A DNA stretch of 24,000 nucleotides from Salinispirillum marinum (GTDB lineage Bacteria > Pseudomonadota > Gammaproteobacteria > Pseudomonadales > Natronospirillaceae): the NCBI RefSeq assembly GCF_042651565.1, contig NZ_JBHSDF010000004.1; one strand, written 5' to 3'. The notes under the pieces are model-generated. The model was not told where the DNA came from. It saw only the letters and a list, made by a program, of their open reading frames with translations, and ran no database searches. Position numbers and translations under genes: made by a program. Shown piece after piece: positions 8,610-17,698 of this stretch. Position 1 is the stretch's first letter, and each line of letters starts with the position of its first letter.

Positions 8610-9437
8610 TCAATTTTCCCTCGGCATATTGGCGACACTGCGGCTATTGACATCGTTGAGCGCCCAGTCGTAATCAAGAAAACGAATAGGCACCTGCTCA
8701 GTCGCCAAGCGCTCCCGTTGATTGTCCGGCACCCCCAGCTCGTCGGCATATAACGCTAAGAATTCGCCCAATCGGTTAGTGCCTTGCCAACCGGAAGCGA
8801 AATCATCCCGATACCAACGAAATATCGAAGACACTTCAACGCCTTCACCCGCCCAGCGGTTGCGTGATCTATCGCTGAGAAAAGCCCGCGTAGCCTGATC
8901 CAACTGTTGCTCTAGCGTGTCCGCTTCAAAAGCTTCGGTCAGCAAAGCCGGGCAACCGATACTGGCGCAGTTCACCGCAAAATGGATACGCGGTTCGTTA
9001 TAGCGCCCCGAGCCACGGATCATTTCATGTTCTATTTCGTCCAAACTGCGCTCTTGACCCAAAAGAGGAATGAATTCGCGTTTCCACGGTGAACGAAAGA
9101 GTGAGCCCAGATCACGAATAGAATCAAGGTCAGGATAAGCGGTGAGTATCAACTCCACCGTCCACGCGTTATAGGCGTTGATCAAAAAAGCGAGCTGGGT
9201 ATCCGACGACCATTGCTCAAACTCAGGCTCTGTCACCGCCGACAGTGCATCCAGATAGTCCGTAAGCTCGGCCCGCTGGTCTGCGAAACCCGCATAGTCC
9301 ACGGCGGTGGCTCGTCCCTCATTGAACGGCTGCACATGGCGCTGCAACAATTCTGTCCACGCTCTGTGCTCCATGGCCGACACCGAACCACCGAACAGCC
9401 CCCCGAGCAGGACACCTAGCCATACTATTCTTCGCAT
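8610..9437 (-). CDS. Secreted/periplasmic DUF547-domain protein
   Basis: Matches the DUF547 pattern: AFLINAYNAWTVELIL, SLDEIEHEMIRG, EPRIHFAVNCASIGCPALL. From the ATG at 9435-9437 the N-terminus is a signal peptide (MRRIVWLGVLLGGLFGGSVSA|ME). The upstream ATG at 9500 is possible but lacks an SD and would bury the signal peptide. Confidence 0.7.
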   Translation of the reverse strand: MRRIVWLGVLLGGLFGGSVSAMEHRAWTELLQRHVQPFNEGRATAVDYAGFADQRAELTDYLDALSAVTEPEFEQWSSDTQLAFLINAYNAWTVELILTAYPDLDSIRDLGSLFRSPWKREFIPLLGQERSLDEIEHEMIRGSGRYNEPRIHFAVNCASIGCPALLTEAFEADTLEQQLDQATRAFLSDRSRNRWAGEGVEVSSIFRWYRDDFASGWQGTNRLGEFLALYADELGVPDNQRERLATEQVPIRFLDYDWALNDVNSRSVANMPREN

Positions 9438-9657
9438 CAATTCTTCTACCCTTTGCCTACTGATTACCTGCTTGGATATCACCCGTGTAAAAAAGTTCAT
9501 TCTGTCTGCTTTGCCTGTCGCGGAATGTTCACAAGATGGTTTAGGCTTTAACTGTTATACTTTGTAACCGCAGGTAACGATTAGGGAAATTCCGACGTAT
9601 TCTCCCGCCCGCGCTTATTTTTGTTTTTCTGGTTGCGTCAACAGTAGAGGTTTGCCT

Positions 9658-11013
9658 ATGGCATATACGGTCATTGCCGAAGAACTCAGAGAAGCCTTAG
9701 CCAAGGACGACCTCCAGACCATGGAGCAACTCGTTGCCGATATGCAACCGGCTGACCTCGCGGAATTCATTCAGGAACACCCGGTCGACATCAACCTGAA
9801 GTTGTTGTCTTGCTTGCCGATTAAACAGCGCGCGGAAACCTTTGGTTATTTCTCCGAAAATGATCAGCGCGAACTGGCCGAACACATGGATGAGTCCACC
9901 TTGGCTAACCTGTTCATCCACATGAACTCGGATGAACGGGCCGACTTGTTCAACCTGCTCGAAGAAGAACTTAAAGCCGATTTGATGCGTCGCCTAGCGC
10001 GTAATGAGCGGGAGGACTTGCGCCGTCTGTCCAGTTATGAAGAAGGCACCGCGGGGTCTATTATGACCAGCGACTATGTGGCTGTGCCTGCCCAGTCCAG
10101 CGTTGCGCAAGCCTTTGATATTGTGCGTTCTACCGCACCCGACGCGGAAACCATTTACGACATCTACAGTATCGACCATATGGGTCGTTTGATGGGTGCG
10201 ACGTCGCTGCGCGAAATGATTCTGGCGCGCACCACGGCGCGGATGGACGCGCTGATGACCACGGAGCTGATCAGCGCTACCGTGGATACCCCGCAGGAAG
10301 AAGTCGCCAAACTGATTTCACGTTACGATCTCTTGGCGTTGCCGATTATTGATAATGACGCGCGGCTAGTAGGCATTGTGACCTACGATGACGCGATGGA
10401 CGTAGCAGAACAAGAAGCCACGGAAGACATCCACAAAGGGGCTTCAGTGGGCCGTTTGGATGACGGTTTTGGCCGTGCGCGCTTGCGGGATCTCTATCGG
10501 ACGCGGATTGTTTGGCTGGTCTTGCTGGTGTTTGGCAACATTTTCTCCGGCATGGGCATAGCGCTGTTTGAAACCACCATTGCGGCGCATGTTGCTTTGG
10601 TGTTTTTTCTCCCCCTATTGATTGGCAGTGGCGGTAATGCGGGTGCGCAGGCATCCACGCTGATGGTGCGGGGTATTGCTACGGGCGATGTAGGTGTTTC
10701 GGATTGGGCACGTTTGCTGGGCCGGGAGCTGCTTGTGGCCGGTGCACTAGGGCTAACCATGGCACTGGCTGTATCACCCATTGGGTTCTGGCGCGGGGGC
10801 GAAGAAATTGCGTTTATTGTGGGTACCGCCATGATCAGTGTGGTGGTGTTGGGTAGCCTGATCGGTATTTGCTTACCTTTTATTCTCAATCATCTCGGTT
10901 GGGACCCGGCAACGGCGAGCGCTCCGCTGGTAACCACCTTGATTGATGCGGCCGGGGTCATTCTGTATTTCAGTATTGCTGCGGCGGTATTGGATCTGCC
11001 TGGCCTGTTTTAA
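9658..11013 (+). CDS. mgtE: Magnesium transporter MgtE
   Basis: N-terminal MgtE domain, a CBS pair, and a 5-TM C-terminal domain with the characteristic FLPLLIGSGGNAGAQASTLMVRGIATGD. The ATG at 9658 is preceded by AGAGG with 7-nt spacing. The track ORF starts two codons earlier at a TTG. Confidence 0.9.
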   Translation: MAYTVIAEELREALAKDDLQTMEQLVADMQPADLAEFIQEHPVDINLKLLSCLPIKQRAETFGYFSENDQRELAEHMDESTLANLFIHMNSDERADLFNLLEEELKADLMRRLARNEREDLRRLSSYEEGTAGSIMTSDYVAVPAQSSVAQAFDIVRSTAPDAETIYDIYSIDHMGRLMGATSLREMILARTTARMDALMTTELISATVDTPQEEVAKLISRYDLLALPIIDNDARLVGIVTYDDAMDVAEQEATEDIHKGASVGRLDDGFGRARLRDLYRTRIVWLVLLVFGNIFSGMGIALFETTIAAHVALVFFLPLLIGSGGNAGAQASTLMVRGIATGDVGVSDWARLLGRELLVAGALGLTMALAVSPIGFWRGGEEIAFIVGTAMISVVVLGSLIGICLPFILNHLGWDPATASAPLVTTLIDAAGVILYFSIAAAVLDLPGLF

Positions 11014-11057
11014 CGTATCGTCGCTTGTTATTTTTCTTCTGATAGGACTGATTGTGT

Positions 11058-12137
11058 ATGGCTTTTACTGGAGTCCGTAACTATTCGCACGCCCAACCGG
11101 ATAAGACCGGTATTTTAATCACCAACTTAGGCACGCCCGATGCGCCCGAAACTGGTGCAGTGCGGCGTTACCTACGCGAGTTTTTGTCTGACCACCGGGT
11201 AGTGGAAATCCCCAAGGCCATTTGGTGGTTCATTCTGAACGGCATCATTCTGTTGCTACGGCCAGCACGTTCAGCGAAGAACTATCGTACCGTTTGGACA
11301 GAGCGCGGTTCACCGTTGCTTTACCATACGGCAGATCAATGCGCTGCCATTCGCCAGTACATGCAGGGCCGTTATGGTGATGATGTGGTGGTGGAATTTG
11401 CCATGCGCTATGGCAACCCGGCCATTACCGATGTACTGCAAAAGATGCAAGACCAAGGTGTACGCCGTTTGCTGGTATTGCCCATGTATCCTCAGTACTC
11501 AGCCACAACAACCGCCTCAACCTTCGACGCCATTGCGCACGATTTCGCGCAGCGGCGCTGGATTCCCGAACTGCGTTTTATTAATCACTACCATGATTTC
11601 CCGCCCTATATCGAAGCCATGGCAGAGCATATTGAAGCGTTTCAAAAAATCAACGGCAGCCCGGAAAAGCTGGTTTTGTCATACCATGGCATACCCAAAC
11701 GCAACCTATTGGAAGGCGACCCCTACCATTGTGAATGCTACAAAACGTCGCGTTTACTGGCCGAACGCCTTGGCCTTCCACGTGAGCAAGTACTAACTAC
11801 GTTTCAGTCCCGATTCGGTAAACAGGAATGGCTTAAACCTTATACGGATGCCACGATGAAGCAATTAGGGGCGGAAGGCGTGGGCTCGCTTCAGGTATTC
11901 TGCCCGGGGTTTCCAGCCGACTGTTTAGAAACCATTGAAGAAATAGCGGAAGAAAACAAACATTACTTTGAGGAAGCCGGCGGGAAGAACTTTGCCTATA
12001 TTCCGGCGCTGAATGCAGAACCGCACCACATTCATGCCCTGACGGCCCTATTGGAGCAACACCTGAAAGGTTGGCACCCGTTGGGTAATAGTGACAAGGA
12101 GTTAACCGTGGCAGAAGCCAACGCAAAAGGCGCTTAG
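11058..12137 (+). CDS. hemH: Ferrochelatase
   Basis: GILITNLGTPDAPETGAVRRYLREFLSDHRVVEIP, LVLPMYPQYSATTT and LVLSYHGIP are classic HemH motifs. The gene lies 44 nt downstream of mgtE on the same strand. Confidence 0.92.
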   Translation: MAFTGVRNYSHAQPDKTGILITNLGTPDAPETGAVRRYLREFLSDHRVVEIPKAIWWFILNGIILLLRPARSAKNYRTVWTERGSPLLYHTADQCAAIRQYMQGRYGDDVVVEFAMRYGNPAITDVLQKMQDQGVRRLLVLPMYPQYSATTTASTFDAIAHDFAQRRWIPELRFINHYHDFPPYIEAMAEHIEAFQKINGSPEKLVLSYHGIPKRNLLEGDPYHCECYKTSRLLAERLGLPREQVLTTFQSRFGKQEWLKPYTDATMKQLGAEGVGSLQVFCPGFPADCLETIEEIAEENKHYFEEAGGKNFAYIPALNAEPHHIHALTALLEQHLKGWHPLGNSDKELTVAEANAKGA

Positions 12138-12163
12138 GGCCTATTGCGGAACACAAGCCACCG

Positions 12164-12910
12164 CTAACGCTGAAAAAATGAGGCGACGGCGGTGGCGAAT
12201 TCTTTACTGCGCAGGCGTTCCTGAAAAATTTCCGCCTCGGCGTCTATCGACTTTAGCACCTCGGCATAGCCCTCACCTTTCATCAATCGCTTGGCGGCCT
12301 GCATGGCTTCTGGCGGGCGCTTCGCCAATTCCTGTGCCCAACTGCGACCGGCCTCCAAGGTGTCAGTGTCCGCCACGACCTTATTGATCAACCCAGCGGC
12401 CAGTGCCTCTTGTGCGCTGAAGCGATTACCCAACAGCAGCCATTCGGCGGCCTTAACATGGCCGACCTGGCGTGGTAACAGCAGCGACGATGCGAATTCA
12501 GGCACTAAGCCCAAGTTCACAAACGGCATTTGAAACACGGCCTGCTCGCCTGCTACGACTAAGTCGCAGTGCAACAACAGTGTGGTGCCAATGCCAATCG
12601 CACTTCCATTCACCGCCGCCACCATGGGTTTTGGAAAAACAGCAGCAGTACGTAAGAACCGTAAAACCGGTGCGTTTCGGTCTTTCATCGGGTGCGCCAT
12701 AAAATCGCGCAGGTCATTGCCTGCGGTAAAACAGGCAGCATCACCCGTGAACAACACGGCTTTTATTTCTGCATCGGTCTCTGCTTGTTCTAAAGACTCT
12801 CGAAGCATGTCGTACATCGCTTCGGTAATGGCGTTTTTCTTATCCGGACGATTAAAGCGGATAACCATTACGCCATTGTCCAACAGCGTCAATACGTCAC
12901 TCATGCTCAT
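12164..12910 (-). CDS. Enoyl-CoA hydratase/isomerase (crotonase) family protein
   Basis: Crotonase-fold pattern: VMVIRFNRPDKKNAIT, FTAGNDL, AAVNGSAIGIGTTLLLHCDL. The start lies 6 nt downstream of the MCP stop, and a GAGGA sits inside the MCP 3' end. Confidence 0.85.
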   Translation of the reverse strand: MSMSDVLTLLDNGVMVIRFNRPDKKNAITEAMYDMLRESLEQAETDAEIKAVLFTGDAACFTAGNDLRDFMAHPMKDRNAPVLRFLRTAAVFPKPMVAAVNGSAIGIGTTLLLHCDLVVAGEQAVFQMPFVNLGLVPEFASSLLLPRQVGHVKAAEWLLLGNRFSAQEALAAGLINKVVADTDTLEAGRSWAQELAKRPPEAMQAAKRLMKGEGYAEVLKSIDAEAEIFQERLRSKEFATAVASFFQR

Positions 12911-12916
12911 GAAGCA

Positions 12917-15253
12917 TTAATCCTCAACTTTCCAACGCGTGGCATTTTGCTCCAACTCGCGTGCGGTGCTGCGTAAACGTTCGCTTTCCGCCGCATTCTT
13001 CTCGGCTTGTTCTTGCGAATGACGGGAACTGTCGAAAGATTGTTCCAGTACGTTTGCCAGCTTCCCGGTCATCGTACTTTGTTCATTGGATACCTGCAAA
13101 ATATCCTCACTCGCCCGCACAATGGCGTCGAGTGATCCGCCAATAGTTTGTAATGCTTGCTGCGAGGCTTGTGCAGTACTCTCCAAGGTTTCCGAGCGCT
13201 CTTGTTCTGCTGACATCATGGCCTGTGCGCGCTCTGTATTGGTCAATAGGCCATCAATGATGGTTTGAATTTCGTCTGTGGCACCCCGCGAACGCTGCGC
13301 CAGGTTTCGCACTTCATCGGCTACTACAGCGAAACCACGGCCATGATCCCCCGCCCGCGCCGCTTCTATGGCCGCGTTCAGCGCCAGCAAATTGGTTTGT
13401 TCGGCTATGTTTGAAATCACATCCAGTACGTGGCGAATTTGTTCAAAGTCCTTCGCTAGGGTATTGATGGTATTGGCGGATTCACTCACGCCGCGCGCCA
13501 TCTGATGCACTTCGGTAATAACTTCTTGAATGGTTTGCGTACTGGACGATATATCATCCCGCGTGTTCATGGTGACTTGCGCCGTATTCTTAGCCTGCTC
13601 CGTTACGGTGCGCGCACTGTCAACCATACCCGCTAACAGATCTTCAGCCGTTTGATTTCGTTGGTTTTGCAAGTTCAATTGCTTAAGCGTTTGTTCCGAC
13701 CCTTCCGTCATCCCGGCGCAGGCGTTGCTGACCGTACTGGCCGCTTCACGGGTCAGTTTTACGGAATGCTGAATGTCTTCCAGTAATCGGTTAATCGCGG
13801 CCGAGATTTGTCCAAATTCATCGTTACCCTTTAACGGACTGCGCTGTGTTAGGTCATGATTGGCTTGAATGCCCAAAATTGCACCACGCAGCGTTGCCAC
13901 CGGGCGACTGAACGAACGCGCCATCCACAGGGCGGCTACGAAGGCCAACACCAACACCAACACCACAATACCCACCGCGTAGCCAATAACTTCATTGCGT
14001 AGAGTCGTACCGGCGGCCAGTGCTTCCGTAGCGTTTAGCTCGGTGATCAATGCCCACTGCGAGCCACCAAAACTCAGCGGCTCAAACGAACCAATGACTT
14101 GGTTACCCAGGGGGTTGTTGTACAGAGCAATTCCACTGTTCCCCGCAATCGCCTGTTCGATACCGGAGCTATTCAAATTGACCAACCCGGACATGCTGTT
14201 GCGGGCAAGAATCTGTTGTTGCAAGTCGGCGTTCACTTGCAGTTGCGTCAGCGCCGTTTCCGGTGCTTCATCGAATTCGCGCTTGCTCGACAACAATAGG
14301 CCGTCTTGATTCACCAAATAGGTATCGCCGGTCTCCCCCAATCCCAGCGACGCTCGGTCGCCATTATTGGACAGGGTCGACTCCAACTGTTCCACCTGAA
14401 TACGTGCGGCAAAAACACCCAACATATCGCCTGTATCGGCATCGAAAATAGGTACCGCCATAAAGGCGTTCGGCAAGCCAAAACCGGGGGTATAGGGCGC
14501 AAAATCGACAAAGGCCGGTGCGCTGCTTGCATCTAACGTTAACGCTTGGTTAAACACCTGCTCCAACCCACTGCCCTGCACGATAGGGTGTGCCATGTTG
14601 ATGCCGAAATCCGGCATTTTATTCACCGAGTACACCACATCGCCATCGGTATTCAGCAGGTAGGCATCGGCAAATCCAAAGAAGTCTACGATGGCTTTGG
14701 CTTCCGGGTGAAATTCCCGGTGCGCCAATGTGTAACGCGAAGAATCACCGGGATCAATAATGTCGGCCCGTGATATCCAATCGGCATCGCCTTGGGTCAA
14801 ATAGAAATATTGCAACACCAAGCGCGCTCGATCGATTTCCGTCCAGTAGGCCGCCGCATCGAAATCAGTTTCCGGTGAATACTCCCGTAAACGAGCGGCA
14901 AAACCGCTGTTCAGATAATCCACCAGCTCGGCGGTCTCGGCCGCAACATCAGGCCGTTGTCGAACGACCGCATTCAATTGATAACCACGGTAACTGGAAG
15001 CAAAGGCGGCCATGGCACGTCGGCCTTGCGAGTTCGAGGCATAACCCGCCACCTGTTGTTGTAGGGTATTGAGGAAATCACTCAAGCGTTGCGATTGTGT
15101 AGCGCCAACGAGTTGCAAGCGCAATTCGGCCTGTTCGGAAAGCAGTTGCTGACCGGCACGAATACTGGTGGAACTGATCATCACACTGGCGGCCAGGGCA
15201 GCCATCAGTGATAGGGCTAAAATTACGATGAGTAATTTTCGTTGTATGCTCAT
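12917..15253 (-). CDS. Methyl-accepting chemotaxis protein with a large (about 390 aa) periplasmic Cache-like sensor, HAMP and MCP signalling domains
   Basis: TM1 ([20 protein letters not shown]), a long periplasmic region, TM2 ([24 protein letters not shown]), then the invariant hairpin tip [38 protein letters not shown]. Confidence 0.9.
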   Translation of the reverse strand: MSIQRKLLIVILALSLMAALAASVMISSTSIRAGQQLLSEQAELRLQLVGATQSQRLSDFLNTLQQQVAGYASNSQGRRAMAAFASSYRGYQLNAVVRQRPDVAAETAELVDYLNSGFAARLREYSPETDFDAAAYWTEIDRARLVLQYFYLTQGDADWISRADIIDPGDSSRYTLAHREFHPEAKAIVDFFGFADAYLLNTDGDVVYSVNKMPDFGINMAHPIVQGSGLEQVFNQALTLDASSAPAFVDFAPYTPGFGLPNAFMAVPIFDADTGDMLGVFAARIQVEQLESTLSNNGDRASLGLGETGDTYLVNQDGLLLSSKREFDEAPETALTQLQVNADLQQQILARNSMSGLVNLNSSGIEQAIAGNSGIALYNNPLGNQVIGSFEPLSFGGSQWALITELNATEALAAGTTLRNEVIGYAVGIVVLVLVLAFVAALWMARSFSRPVATLRGAILGIQANHDLTQRSPLKGNDEFGQISAAINRLLEDIQHSVKLTREAASTVSNACAGMTEGSEQTLKQLNLQNQRNQTAEDLLAGMVDSARTVTEQAKNTAQVTMNTRDDISSSTQTIQEVITEVHQMARGVSESANTINTLAKDFEQIRHVLDVISNIAEQTNLLALNAAIEAARAGDHGRGFAVVADEVRNLAQRSRGATDEIQTIIDGLLTNTERAQAMMSAEQERSETLESTAQASQQALQTIGGSLDAIVRASEDILQVSNEQSTMTGKLANVLEQSFDSSRHSQEQAEKNAAESERLRSTARELEQNATRWKVED

Positions 15254-15565
15254 GTGTTACTACCTGCGCTGTGTGATGCTACCTGAGGCAAATCTGAGTC
15301 TTGTTCGCTCAGCTACTTTTTTACAAGCAAGAACTTAGCCAAACAGGTTGCTCTTTATAGTTATATTTTTCTCTGGAGACCTGCGTTTAACGCTTCTTAC
15401 ACTGATAGTAGGAAAAGAATCAACAAATCGCCATCGCACGCAGCCACCAATTGCGCAGTGTGCCGACTTTCACTTGACACGGCCAATGCCGGACACGCAT
15501 AGACTATGTGAAATGTGTATAGGGTGATGTACAGCAGGCAGGTAAATTGCGGTCATGACCGGAGA

Positions 15566-15586
15566 GAAAAACGCCCTTCCATGGGC
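15566..15586 (-). terminator. Weak candidate intrinsic terminator after the beta-amylase gene
   Basis: On the minus strand: GCCC-atggaa-GGGC (plus-strand 15573-15586) followed by a TTTTTC run (plus-strand A-run 15566-15571), about 23 nt after the stop. The stem is only 4 bp, so this is weak. Confidence 0.25.
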
Positions 15587-15608
15587 AACGATAGCAACAT
15601 CAGAACGC

Positions 15609-17348
15609 CTAGAAACTCCCTGCACTGTTGACCAATGATCCAACACCACCGGTTTGCACGGCGTTGTTTGCCCCGCCTTGCCACTGAACGCCGGCCGAGG
15701 GATCAGCGTTTTCGCGCTTCACACACTTCCATTCAATGGCGGTATTGGTAGGGAGATCGTTCAGAGTAGATTGCCATGTCGGGTAGTTGGTAGCCCCGAG
15801 CAGCACGCCATTCGCGACATTCCAGCTTCCGAGTTCAGGGATATTTCCCACCACATAGACACTCTGTCCCCAATACGTTGAGCCGTTTTGGCAGGTGAAG
15901 GTGACGGATGCACCACTGCCCGAAGCAGGCGCTTTAAAGTTTTGAATGAACTGCGCGTACCGGTTGCGGCCCGTGGTATTTTCCGTGACATTGCTCACCC
16001 GCAGAACGGTCAATCCGTTGTAGCTGGTCCAAGTAAAAGCATTCTCAATGTTGTTCCAACCCGTATCGGTTTGAACGCCGCCAGCCAAGGCATTTTCACC
16101 CTTCAGATCCACACCCAGAGCACCGGCCGCATCACCGACCCAGAATACCAAGTCTTGTGCGCGTGAATACGCCAACGAACCGCCATCATAGTCCTGGTTG
16201 TTCATTTCCAATGCAGTGAAATGCAACACCACATTGCGACTTTGGTCGCTGCCTGTTTGTGTCGTGCTGATGATGCTGTTGTAGCCATGGCCGGTTGCCG
16301 GACTCGTGAGATCAACATCGGTCGGAATCAAGCCGGCCGTAATTTCCGGCACCCGGCGCACGCTGGCACTGGGGTTACCAATTTGCCAATGCAAACCAGG
16401 AATTTTCATGCCTAATTCAATGTCGTTCATTGCACCATCAAACCCGGCCATGGCCGCATTGATCATACGTGTTCCATGCCCTGTTAGAGACTCGTGATAC
16501 CAGCGAATAAAGTCTCGACCATATTGGGTATACAAGTGGTCTTGGTTGTTGAAGAAGAAGTCCACATTCGAGGGCGGGTTGATCTGGCTCCACTGCGTGA
16601 GTGTTGTACCCCAAGCATTGTTCACCGCCGCCAACGAGCTGTATTGGTCTTCCGCCCAATCGCGAAAATCATTCACCGCTAAGGTGCCGTAGGCTTGCAA
16701 CGTACCGCGATTCGGGTATTGAGCGCGCCAATCATAGCCATCGTGCTGATTGTAGGAGGGATAGCGCAACTCACCGGCTGGCCCCATGCTGATATTAAGC
16801 TCGATGATGTCATCGGCCAGATGCGCATAGCGCGCTTCAAATGCAGCCATGAATTCAACGTATTGGTTTAGGACATACTGGTCCGCCCACAGCGATACCG
16901 TTTCGTACGAATAATTTCCTAACTCGCTGTAGTAACGTAGGTCGTTTTCACTAATACCGGGGTTTGCATTCGCCGCTTGGCTCCAAAACCAACTGGGAAT
17001 TGGGATGTTGCAGTCGTCACCGACGTTTCCACCGCACTGGTGAAACGACATAATGGGCACAATTTTCAGGCCCGCATTCAGAATGGTGGCGAACTTTTGG
17101 TCATAGTATGACCAATCAAACTGGTTGTCTCCGGCCCCTTCAACTTTACCCCACCAAACGTCTACGGAAATGCCGTCAAGACCATAACCGGCGGCCTCAT
17201 TTAATTGCCATTGAAAGGCATTCCATTGGTTTTGCGTGGTGATTTCCAACGGTGCCATTGCGTTCACCGTTTGTGCTTGATCGGCCATGGCCGATAAGGA
17301 AAGAGCGAAGGCTGCGCCTGCGATGGTGAGATTGAACTTAAGCATCAT
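15609..17348 (-). CDS. Secreted beta-amylase (glycoside hydrolase family 14) with a C-terminal CBM20 starch-binding domain
   Basis: Signal peptide: MMLKFNLTIAGAAFALSLSAMA. Both beta-amylase signature motifs are present: HQCGGNVGD (nt 17016-17042) and GPAGELRYPSY. The second catalytic-Glu context is KGENALAGG. The C-terminal ~100 aa (TFTCQNGSTYWGQSVYVVGNIPELGSWN...TNYPTWQSTL...IEWKCVKR) fits CBM20. Confidence 0.9.
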   Translation of the reverse strand: MMLKFNLTIAGAAFALSLSAMADQAQTVNAMAPLEITTQNQWNAFQWQLNEAAGYGLDGISVDVWWGKVEGAGDNQFDWSYYDQKFATILNAGLKIVPIMSFHQCGGNVGDDCNIPIPSWFWSQAANANPGISENDLRYYSELGNYSYETVSLWADQYVLNQYVEFMAAFEARYAHLADDIIELNISMGPAGELRYPSYNQHDGYDWRAQYPNRGTLQAYGTLAVNDFRDWAEDQYSSLAAVNNAWGTTLTQWSQINPPSNVDFFFNNQDHLYTQYGRDFIRWYHESLTGHGTRMINAAMAGFDGAMNDIELGMKIPGLHWQIGNPSASVRRVPEITAGLIPTDVDLTSPATGHGYNSIISTTQTGSDQSRNVVLHFTALEMNNQDYDGGSLAYSRAQDLVFWVGDAAGALGVDLKGENALAGGVQTDTGWNNIENAFTWTSYNGLTVLRVSNVTENTTGRNRYAQFIQNFKAPASGSGASVTFTCQNGSTYWGQSVYVVGNIPELGSWNVANGVLLGATNYPTWQSTLNDLPTNTAIEWKCVKRENADPSAGVQWQGGANNAVQTGGVGSLVNSAGSF

Positions 17349-17698
17349 GATTTACCTATGTCGTACTTATCTTGTTGTTTTTATCAGCACGACTACGGTA
17401 AATGATGGGCGATTTCAGACAAGGTTGAAGGGGGCGGGGTTTTTAATTTCGGTGGCGGTGGAAGAAAGGTGGGATTGGCCTCCACCGTAGGGGTTGAATA
17501 AAAATTGAACAACGCTCAAGAATCAGATTATTCATACTTTGTTGGGTGGAGTGTCGATTGATCGGCCATACATTTTAGGGATAGCCGTTTTAATTGGCGT
17601 AGGTGTGGGCGTAGGGATTTGCCTCAAGGCGCGACTCCCGGCCTGCCGTGGAGCGCCGGAGGCAGATCCCTGCGCCCGCACCGAGAGCCAGCCCTGAA

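Noticed and set aside
9501-9657. Possible Mg2+ riboswitch (M-box) or terminator-like T-run (cgcttatttttgtttttct) in the mgtE leader.
   Set aside because: I could not recognise conserved M-box core sequences, and there is no convincing stem preceding the T-run. The region is more simply a divergent promoter region. A covariance-model scan (Rfam RF00380) would settle it.
6422-12137. Proximity of the TANGO2-like domain gene to ferrochelatase hemH (about 3 kb away, divergent unit), given the proposed haem-trafficking role of eukaryotic TANGO2.
   Set aside because: The genes are in different, oppositely oriented transcription units separated by three other genes. The fusion partner and operon neighbours point to lipid acylation instead, so this is most likely coincidence.
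13380-13399. A 20-nt exact repeat, agcgccagcaaattggtttg, shared by the two MCP genes (13380-13399 and 18159-18178).
   Set aside because: It encodes the invariant QTNLLALNA hairpin tip of the MCP signalling domain. Conservation at the protein level explains it, so it is not a mobile or regulatory repeat.
15254-15608. Small ORFs (20-34 codons) and short direct repeats (CTACCTG x2, GACACG x2) in the 355-bp MCP / beta-amylase intergenic region.
   Set aside because: None of the ORFs has a credible SD or protein-like sequence, and the repeats are short enough to be chance. The region is most simply the MCP promoter region.
17456-17487. A hairpin, CGGTGGA...TCCACCG (7-bp stem, 18-nt loop), plus a GC-rich patch at 17630-17690 between the second MCP and the beta-amylase gene.
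   Set aside because: The loop is long, no U-run follows on either strand, and the GC-rich patch forms only imperfect 5-bp stems. I cannot call this a terminator or an RNA element with any confidence.
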